From assembly GCA_963677485.1 (NCBI GenBank), contig OY781964.1, forward strand, positions 4,960,001-5,024,000: a DNA stretch of 64,000 nt. The letters are read 5' to 3'. The notes below the pieces were generated by a model. It saw nothing but the letters and a program-made list of their open reading frames with translations, had not been told where the DNA came from and searched no databases. The DNA is from Armatimonadota bacterium (GTDB taxonomy: Bacteria > Armatimonadota > HRBIN16). Of this stretch, positions 55,991 through 64,000 are shown in pieces. The position numbers and the translations under genes were made by a program. Every line of letters starts with the position of its first letter. The stretch's first letter is position 1.

Positions 55991-58900
55991 CTATTCCATT
56001 CCGAAATCGAGCTTTAGATCGGTCACATTGCGCAGCTTCTCCACCCATATCCACCAGGCCTCCTTGCCGTTCCATGTGCCCGACCTATCGAGTCTCACGG
56101 TAGCGCCGTTCGGCTTCTTGCCTGTGTTCACGATGCGCTGAGCGGTTGATTGGTCGAACGGTCCAAGCCGAATGGCCAGTGACGGTATCGGACGGTCACT
56201 CGTCAGAGACAGTTGCCCCGGTCTCGCGAACTGGTACCCCACACGAGCCTTGGCCAGACCATCGGCACTGGGCACCAGCGTAAAGAAGTTTTGTATCTGA
56301 ATTCCCTTCAACGGCGCCGGCACCCTGGGCATGATCTTCACCAGTTTTGGATCAGCATCATCCACTCCCGCACACAGTTCCAAAGCATGCATGGCTGGAC
56401 CCTGGTTGGCTCCGTTAGACAGGTCACCGATTCTGTACCAGCGACCATCCGGCATGATGTTTGTTCCCTCAGGGATAATCCACAGGTTGGGCCGCCAATC
56501 TATCCCCCGCTTCGCATCCACATAGTCCATGTTCTTGTCATATGAGTATTTCGCCAGATTCGCCAGCAGACGCCCGGCGTTGTCCATATCGTCAAGTATC
56601 AATGCTGACTCGGTGATCCAACCCTGTCCGTAGCCCATACCCAACACAGGAGCATACCCGTATGGCTGGTTCAACTGACGCTTAAGAGTATTCCGCGTGA
56701 TCGGGGTCATCTCCGTATCCAGTTTGTTCGGGTCAAGACCGTCATAGTAGACCGAGAACCACGCCTGAACCAGTGAGTCCTGCAGACTGGGCAGCACACT
56801 GAAGGGACTGACCCGCCACATCAGATTGGTGCTGTCGCCCGTCTTCAATAACCGCAGCATACCCACACGGATGCGCTCAGCGTAAGCCAGCCACCTCTTG
56901 GCCGATGCTCGGTCACCTGCGGCTTCCGCCATTTGCGCGGAACACCTCAACGCGGTGAAGCAGGCGAAATTCGGATATGGTTCATACATATCAGCATTCG
57001 CATAGTTCTCTCGGATCTTTCCCATGTCGGTTTCGGCCATGATGTTCTTCCGAGTGAGCGTCTCCCCCCCACCCCAGCCGGTGGTCTCGCCTTCACTCCA
57101 TATCACGTCACGACCGGTGTAGTCCATAAACCAGCAGATAAACTCGGCACTGTCACGCGTGGCGTCCCAACGTGACTTGCAATAGACATCGGCACGAGGC
57201 TGCATCAGCCAGTCACCGGATGGCGCACCCATCAGCCGCCAGGCAATCCAGCGACCAACAATCGTCGCGCCGTGACCGTCCATCTCCTCGGTGCCCGAAA
57301 TCTCGTTCAGGTTGATGCTCATCGTGGCGTTGACCCCAAACGACCAATGAGGTGGCGCATCCTTCGGATACTTGGACACATCGAGTGCGGAGTTCTCAGG
57401 ACCCTTATCCGGGTCGTGATTCGGCCTATAGAAATACAGATATTTATCGCAGAAGTCCACGAAGTTCGCGGTCCGCATCGGGTCATTAATGCAGCGCATG
57501 GCCAATGTCGCATACGCTTCCGCACAGCGTCCATAGGCACCTCCGTAGTAGATGCCCAGCGGTCCCCAGGTGCCTACGCCGTTGTAGCCTCCATACCACG
57601 GAGATGTCTTGCTGGTTTCCATAAAGACGCCCGTGTTGCGGTCGAACTCTCCATCCATTTGTATCAGGTTTGCGACCCATATGTTCGAGAGCATGTCGCC
57701 GAGTATGCCACCCGTGAAGCGCACCCGGCTGGCATCTAGTGACTTGGGGAAGTCGATTAGCTCCACCTTCTTTGGGATATCAGCGTCACTGGTATAGAGC
57801 ACTTTGGATAGTGCCTTCAAATCAGCTGACCAGTTACCCGGGCTCGCGGATTTCACTCTGGGAGCCGCGTCATCCGCTGACAACACAACCTTGCCGAAGG
57901 GAATCAATTCCCCAGAAGGCTTATCGCTGGCTAATGTCACAGCTGATATAAGGGGTCGGCCTCGAAGATCGGGGTTGTCGTGGATTACGATAGACTTTAT
58001 CTTACCAGCCCGAGGCTTCACAGCGAGGTAGTAGTGGGAATGCCGGTTCTCTAGTGCCACACTCGGCTCATCGTCCTCACGTATTCGCAACGCCTTTCTC
58101 AAAACAGACATATATTCCGGCCGCGATGTAAACGGCTCCCTGACTGATGCGGCGACTCCATGGGTTGGACCGCCAGCCCATCCGGCGATGAACCATGCGG
58201 TGGCTCCAATAATGACTGGTATCCGGTCGCTCTTGCCGTCTGTGTAGCATATCTCGATCTCACCTATACGCGATCCGATCTGCACTTGATCATTGCGTTT
58301 AGTGCGCAGCTCAGGGTGTTCACCCCAGTGTGCCACTCCGTAATCCCAACCTTCATTAATCATTCCCAGAAAATAGATGGCAGATGCGGCGGATCCTACA
58401 GGGATACTCTCGTCAGATGCTGATATCAAACGGGTAGTTGATCCGCGGCTGTCTAGAGAAGCAGCTAGAAATGGCATCGAACGACTGAATATCACATCGG
58501 CATTCCTGTCAATCTTCAAGCCATACAGGTCGGAACGCGTGACCGCATGATCTACCACAGGCTGCACCTGGCTGTAGTCTGCAAAGGCTAACCAGGCAAA
58601 TCCACCGGCTCGAATGCCAGGGTTGTTGTCGACGACTTCCAGGTAGACCTTGCGGCCGATAATGTCTTGGGTAATCCACTTCATCGGAGCGAGCTTGTTC
58701 CCGCCGGGCGTATGGGCTTTGCGTAAAACTGCGCCATCAGGGTAGGATTTGAGATAAACGAAGTTGCGATCCCCTCCGTTGTTAGCCTCAGCATTGCCAT
58801 CCCAGCCCCCCAGGGTAAACTTTTGCAGCCGCGTCCTGATGGTAAACGGATCTGACCGCAATACTCCTAGATTTGCCTCACCCTTGTCAAGCGAGTTTAC

Positions 58901-59176
58901 TACATATCGCTTCGAGTCACCAGTGTTAGAGAACAGCTCCGGGTTGATGCCTATCGTCCAAGTAATCGCTCCCTCAACAGTCCAGCCTTCAAAAGTGCCT
59001 TTCGCAAATGAGAGGTTGACCTCCTCTGGAGGCAGAACCTGTGCTGGAGCCGGCTTAGCATCGCCAAGAGCCAATGCGTACCCACTAGCAAGAACCAATA
59101 CTGCGTACAGGTTTGAGATCACGCTTCTACCTAGGTTCAATTGTTGTCCCATCCTTCGCCGTAGCACAGCTACCAT
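55991..59176 (-). CDS. Large secreted protein, probable glycoside-hydrolase-like (alpha/alpha barrel) enzyme
   Basis: Signal-peptide-like N-terminus, carbohydrate-binding-like F..GT..GW segment, EEMDG, and NFAC..AL...AQMAEAAGD..SA.RW...A.RI helix pattern. Confidence 0.75.
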   Translation of the reverse strand: MVAVLRRRMGQQLNLGRSVISNLYAVLVLASGYALALGDAKPAPAQVLPPEEVNLSFAKGTFEGWTVEGAITWTIGINPELFSNTGDSKRYVVNSLDKGEANLGVLRSDPFTIRTRLQKFTLGGWDGNAEANNGGDRNFVYLKSYPDGAVLRKAHTPGGNKLAPMKWITQDIIGRKVYLEVVDNNPGIRAGGFAWLAFADYSQVQPVVDHAVTRSDLYGLKIDRNADVIFSRSMPFLAASLDSRGSTTRLISASDESIPVGSAASAIYFLGMINEGWDYGVAHWGEHPELRTKRNDQVQIGSRIGEIEICYTDGKSDRIPVIIGATAWFIAGWAGGPTHGVAASVREPFTSRPEYMSVLRKALRIREDDEPSVALENRHSHYYLAVKPRAGKIKSIVIHDNPDLRGRPLISAVTLASDKPSGELIPFGKVVLSADDAAPRVKSASPGNWSADLKALSKVLYTSDADIPKKVELIDFPKSLDASRVRFTGGILGDMLSNIWVANLIQMDGEFDRNTGVFMETSKTSPWYGGYNGVGTWGPLGIYYGGAYGRCAEAYATLAMRCINDPMRTANFVDFCDKYLYFYRPNHDPDKGPENSALDVSKYPKDAPPHWSFGVNATMSINLNEISGTEEMDGHGATIVGRWIAWRLMGAPSGDWLMQPRADVYCKSRWDATRDSAEFICWFMDYTGRDVIWSEGETTGWGGGETLTRKNIMAETDMGKIRENYANADMYEPYPNFACFTALRCSAQMAEAAGDRASAKRWLAYAERIRVGMLRLLKTGDSTNLMWRVSPFSVLPSLQDSLVQAWFSVYYDGLDPNKLDTEMTPITRNTLKRQLNQPYGYAPVLGMGYGQGWITESALILDDMDNAGRLLANLAKYSYDKNMDYVDAKRGIDWRPNLWIIPEGTNIMPDGRWYRIGDLSNGANQGPAMHALELCAGVDDADPKLVKIMPRVPAPLKGIQIQNFFTLVPSADGLAKARVGYQFARPGQLSLTSDRPIPSLAIRLGPFDQSTAQRIVNTGKKPNGATVRLDRSGTWNGKEAWWIWVEKLRNVTDLKLDFGME

Positions 59177-59326
59177 TATTTATTATGATTGCCTGCGGAT
59201 TTCGTGACTATATAGAAATATCGGCCACAGCATATTTACTGTAGCCGATTACTAATATCTCCGTATGCGACATCATATGACCGCCATTCGGTTAGGCATA
59301 TTTACCGTAAACGCAGTATTCACCGA

Positions 59327-62300
59327 TCACCTAGGCGCCAAACCAAATTCCAGCTTAAGCTCCGTCACATCACGCAGGCTCTCTACCCATATCCACCAGG
59401 CATCTTTGGACTTCCACGTACCCGACTTATCCAGCCTTACCGTAGCACCACTAGGCTTCATTCCCGCATCAACTATTCGCTCTGCGGTCGATTGATCGAA
59501 CGGTCCCAGCCGGACAGCCAACGCCGGAATCGGCCGATCACTCCGCAGAGACAAAACACCTGGACGATTGAACTCATATCCCACCCGAGCCTTGGCCAGA
59601 CCACCACCATCGGGTACTAGCGTGAAGAAATTCTGTATCTGGATTCCCTTCAATGGCTCCGGCACCCTGGGCATGATCTTGACCAGCTTCGGGTCCGAAT
59701 CATCAACGCCTGCACATATTTCCAATGCATGCATGGCTGGTCCCTGGTTGGCCCCATTGGTTAAATCGCCGATTCGATACCATCGGCCATCCGGCATGAT
59801 GTTTGTTCCCTCAGGAATCAGCCACAGGTTTGGCCGCCAGTCGATCCCTCGTTTGGCGTCTACATAGTCCATGTTCTTGTCATATGAGTATTTCGCGATG
59901 TTCGCAAGCAGAGGTCCTGCGCTGTCCATATCGTCAAGCATCAAAGCGGATTCGGTGATCCATCCTTGACCATAACCCATACCCAACACGGGAGCATAAC
60001 CGTAAGGTTGGCTCAACTGCCGTTTCAATGTATTCCGTGTGACCAGTGTCATCTCAGCATCCAACTTATTGGGGTCCAGCCCGTCTAGAAACATAGAGAA
60101 CCACGCCTGTACCAGTGAATCCTGCAAACTTGAAAATATACTGTATGAACTGACTCGCCACATAGGGTTGTTTCGATCACCCGTCTTTAACAGCCGCAGC
60201 ATCCCCGCGCGGATTCTCTCCGCATAACCAAGATACTTTTTCGCGGAGGCGCTATCACCTGCGGCTTCGGCCATCTGTGCCGAACACCTTAGCGCAGTGT
60301 AGCAGGCAAAGTTAGGATACACCTCGTACATATCAGCGTTTGCGTAGTTCGCCCTGATCTTCACCATATCTGTCTCATTAATGACATTCTTCCGAGTGAG
60401 CGTTTCTCCTGCACCCCAGCCGGTGGATTCGCCCTCACTCCATATCACATCGCGGTCGGTGTAGTCCATAAACCAGCAGATGAAATCAGCACTGTCGCGG
60501 GTAGAATCCCATCGGCTCTTTCCATAGACGCCACCGCGAGGCTTCATCAACCAGTCGCCAGACGGAGATCCCATCAGACGCCAGGCAATCCAGCGGCCAA
60601 CGCTTACCGAACCGTGGCCGTCCATTTCCTCAGTGCCAGATATTTCATTAAGATTTAAGCTCATTGAGCCGTCAATGCCAATGCCAAACGACCAATGTGG
60701 GGGAGCATCCTTGGGGTATTTGTTCAAATCCAAGCCGGAGTTCCACGGTCCCTTATCGGGGTCGTGGTTTGGCCTGTAGAAGTAGAGACACTTATCGCAA
60801 AAGTCTACGAAATTCGCAGTCCTCACAGGATCGTTGATACCACGCATTACTAGACTTGCAAAACCCTCAGCGCTGCGTCCGTATGCGCTTCCATAGTAGA
60901 TGCCAAACGGTCCCCAGGTTCCTATTCCGCTATATCCACCGTACCAGGGCATTGACTTGCCTGTTTACAAGAATTCACCAGTATCACGGTTAAACTTCCC
61001 TTCCATCTGGATCATGTTCGCCACCCAGATGTTGGAGAGCATATCACCAGTGATGCCACCCTTGAATGTATTGCGACTAGCATCTAGATTCTGAGGGAAG
61101 TCAATCAACTCCACCTTCTTGGGAAGGTCCGCTTCACTGGTATATAACACCTTGGAGAGGGCCTTGATATCTGCTGACCAGTTACCCGGGTTGGCCGAGT
61201 TCACCATGGGCTTGGCGTCAGCCGCCTCTACCGTCAAAGATCCGAACGAACGCAGCTTATCGAAAGGCTGTGCGCACGCCAAGGTCACAGCAGACAACAG
61301 CGGTCTGCCCCGAAGTTCGGGATTATCGCGGACTATTATCGACGTGATGACGCCAGCCCGTGGCTTGACTGCCAGATAGTATTGGGTATGTCTGTCATCC
61401 TGAGCCAACCCATCTTCGCTGTTTTCCCGAATCCTAAACGCCTTTCTCATCACCGCCATATACTCCGGCCTTGAGGCGAATGGCTCCCTGATCGTTGTCG
61501 ATATGCCGTTGGAAGGCCAGCCCACCCATTGCGTGACAAACCAGGCTGTGACGCCAATCACAATGGGGATCCGGTCGCTTTTCCCATCGGCATAGCGTAT
61601 CTCAACCTCGCCTATGCGGGAGCCAATCTGCACTTGATCGTCGCGTTTCGTGCGCAGCTCCGGGTGTTCAGCCCAGTGTGCCACACCATTATCCCAGCCT
61701 TCGTTGATCATACCCAGAAGGTAGAGAGCAGATGCGGAAACACCCACCGGTATCTGCTCTTCTGTAGCCGTGATTTTACGAGTGGTTTTCCCGCGATTGT
61801 CTGGCAAAGCAGCAAAAAATGGAAGTGAACGGCTGTAGACATTTTCGGCATTTTCGTCGATCTTTAGTCCATACAGATCCGTTCGCAACACCGGTTGCTT
61901 GATAACGGTCATTTCCTGGCGATAGTCCGAGAAGGCTATCCAGGCAAATCCGCCCGATTGAGATCCATCACTGTTGTCAACGACCTCCAAGTAGACTTTA
62001 CGGCCGATGATATCCTGCGTATTCCACCTGACAGGTGTCAGTTTAATTCCACCGGGTATATGGGTGTGACGCAGCACGGCCCCATCTGGGTATGACTTTA
62101 ATAACACGAAGTTGCCATAACCGGTAATGGAGGAATCCGCATTCCCGACCGAACCGGCTACGGCGAACTTCTGTAGACGCGTCCTAATGGTGAAAGGAAC
62201 AGACCGAAGCACGCTCGTGTTATTCTCGCCCTTGTCCAGTGAGTTCACTATGCAACGTTTCTGGTCTCCGGCGTACGTATAAAGTGTTGGATTGATACCA

Positions 62301-62485
62301 ATGGACCAGGCATTACTGCCCTCAACCGTCCACCCCTCAAAAGTGCCCTTGGAGAAGGAGAGATTCGCCTCCTCCTGAGGCAATATCTGCGTTGGCAATA
62401 GCTTGGCGTCATCTAGAGCATGGGCACATTGCGCTAACACCATCAGCAAAATGGACAGGCCTACCAGTCGGTTATGCAGGTTCAT
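59327..62485 (-). pseudogene. Paralog of 55991-59176 interrupted by one in-frame TAA at 60965-60967
   Basis: ...GEFL*TGKSMPWYGG aligns with ...GVFMETSKTSPWYGG; both track ORFs are in one frame. Confidence 0.8.
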
Positions 62486-62529
62486 TGTCTATCCTATTCC
62501 TTCACCAAGGTATTCACTAAATCCCGCTT

Positions 62530-63807
62530 CTACTTCCGGCTCATCGCTCTGGGCTGCGGCGCAGGCCACAGGAAAAGCTTTAGCGTGCTGCCCGCTTTGC
62601 CCGTATACTTGCTCACCATGCCGTTGGCGATATCCACCACACACAGCACAGGCTTCTCGGCACTCTGACCGGCGATCATCACATATCGGTAGCTGATCAT
62701 ATCGTAGTCGCCCAGCTTCATATTAGGAATGGTGGTCAGCATGTCGCGCGTACCAGTAAACCACAGGTTCGCCACCTCCACTGTGGGCACGCCGTTGTTG
62801 TCGGCTTGCTGCACGTCCAGGTTCTGGCTCTTGTTCAGCACCGTGCTCACGAACCCAGGGAAGTCATCCACATCCATAGACTTCCACACTGCGGGTGTTT
62901 GCGACGGATCCACGCTGTAGCCACGCCGCATCTCGCCAGCCCACACCAGAATGTTCAGGCTCTTGTCCTTAAATGCGATACGGTCAGGCTTCACGCCAGC
63001 CGGTAGATCGATCTTGACAACATCACTCTTTTTGCCGATCGCCCCCACAGCAACCTGCCATCCCATGCCGACCATTGGCCGTATGAACGCCGCCCATCGA
63101 CCAGCCTTGGGCTCAACCGCGGCCCCACCGAAAGCGAAAGCTCCCGTCAGCGGTTTGACCACCGATGGCTTCTTCATATCGAAATAGGCCAGATCAAACC
63201 CAGACCGCGAGGTGCGCATGGTGAAGGCCACGAGGCCGTCATTCTGCGGAAACACCTGCGACACATCGCTGTTAAGCTTCACTCGGTTGCCGCCAAACAG
63301 CGAGACCTGGTAGAGGTCACCGTTCATGTTCGCATCCGACATACGCGGCTCCACGCACAGCACAGACAGGCTCCAGAGGTTCACCGCACCGATAAACCTA
63401 ACCGCCGTCGCGCCGGTATGGTAAAGATACTGCTCGCGTTTCGCTTCAAGCACTACCTTATATCCGGGTGTGATCACCTGCGCATACATCATGCCGGGCT
63501 GGGCCATCCCCAGCGATGTATCGGGCCACTGGACGGCCTCCGCCTTCTTCAACGTGATGTCACCTACGCTCATGCTCAAGCGTTTCGCAAGATCCTGTCG
63601 GCAGGACAGCACGGTCGCCTGTTCCCCTGAGCTCTTCTTAGGGGCTGAGTATGATAGCTGACTCATGAATAGCACTGCCATCGTCAACATCAAAATGATA
63701 TATCTAGCCTTGGTAATACCCAGATGACGATTAGTTCGTAAAACCACTGCATTTGGTTGCTTCATAGACTTCTCTCCCTGGATTGATATTTGCATCACAA
63801 CGTGCAA
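62530..63807 (-). CDS. Secreted hypothetical protein with beta-propeller-like C-terminal part
   Basis: Hydrophobic signal segment; DLA.RL...W.DTSLG...PG.MYAQVITPGY...L motif. Confidence 0.8.
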   Translation of the reverse strand: MHVVMQISIQGEKSMKQPNAVVLRTNRHLGITKARYIILMLTMAVLFMSQLSYSAPKKSSGEQATVLSCRQDLAKRLSMSVGDITLKKAEAVQWPDTSLGMAQPGMMYAQVITPGYKVVLEAKREQYLYHTGATAVRFIGAVNLWSLSVLCVEPRMSDANMNGDLYQVSLFGGNRVKLNSDVSQVFPQNDGLVAFTMRTSRSGFDLAYFDMKKPSVVKPLTGAFAFGGAAVEPKAGRWAAFIRPMVGMGWQVAVGAIGKKSDVVKIDLPAGVKPDRIAFKDKSLNILVWAGEMRRGYSVDPSQTPAVWKSMDVDDFPGFVSTVLNKSQNLDVQQADNNGVPTVEVANLWFTGTRDMLTTIPNMKLGDYDMISYRYVMIAGQSAEKPVLCVVDIANGMVSKYTGKAGSTLKLFLWPAPQPRAMSRK

Positions 63808-63858
63808 TGCCTTCTCCTGCTCATTAAGAGCATCATATTACACATTATAGACTTGATG

Positions 63859-63906
63859 AACCGGCGAGAGGATATCAATGCCAGGCACAATATCCTCTCG
63901 CCGTTT
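63859..63906 (-). terminator. Inverted repeat, probable terminator
   Basis: CGGCGAGAGGATAT ... ATATCCTCTCGCCG right after the stop at 63911. Confidence 0.6.
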
Positions 63907-63910
63907 CGGA

Positions 63911-64000
63911 TTACTTCACATCAGCCACGAAACTGACGACTCCTTTGGGGTTCGTCCACTTCAGCCCGCTGCCGTCCTGAAGCACCACTGCTTTGGAATC
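63911..64000 (-). CDS. 3' end of a gene entering from beyond the window
   Basis: Open frame DSKAVVLQDGSGLKWTNPKGVVSFVADVK* followed by the hairpin. Confidence 0.5.
   Translation of the reverse strand, partial: DSKAVVLQDGSGLKWTNPKGVVSFVADVK

Noticed and set aside
60965-60967. Programmed readthrough or recoding
   Set aside because: TAA is not a Sec/Pyl codon and other genes use it as a normal stop; a point mutation or error is simpler.
1-64000. Diversity-generating retroelement or retron
   Set aside because: No reverse transcriptase motifs found, and the repeat pairs do not show adenine-specific differences by eye.

Overview
Positions 1 to about 44,250 are the right-hand part of a contractile-tailed (myovirus-like) prophage. 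On the minus strand it carries tail sheath, neck, capsid, portal and terminase genes plus a primase-helicase/RecD2/ERCC4/Sak4/PD-(D/E)XK replication-recombination module. On the plus strand it carries an accessory operon, an ECF-like sigma factor and a DUF2924/large serine recombinase module. From about 44,250 to 55,526 is an accreted island of contracted copies of the same element end, IS remnants, a RelBE-type pair and an AlbA_2 plus ParA pair, abutting the 3' end of the tmRNA gene (ssrA, 55526-55877, minus strand). Host genes for large secreted proteins follow. The best novelty candidates are: (1) a translationally coupled operon of amidoligase, glutamine amidotransferase, two divergent Ku-like proteins and an ATP-dependent DNA ligase fused to a CDC48/p97-like AAA ATPase, a possible phage NHEJ-like system with its own Ku-removal motor; (2) a DNA adenine methyltransferase fused to the prohead protease/scaffold; (3) a 1541-aa MuF head protein carrying kinase-like and ADP-ribosyltransferase-like domains, followed by two candidate immunity genes; (4) a cluster of four origin-like iteron cassettes of two sequence types; (5) a five-copy phage promoter motif and a four-copy att-like terminal motif that marks rearrangement breakpoints. 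All domain calls were made by eye from motifs; no searches were run.
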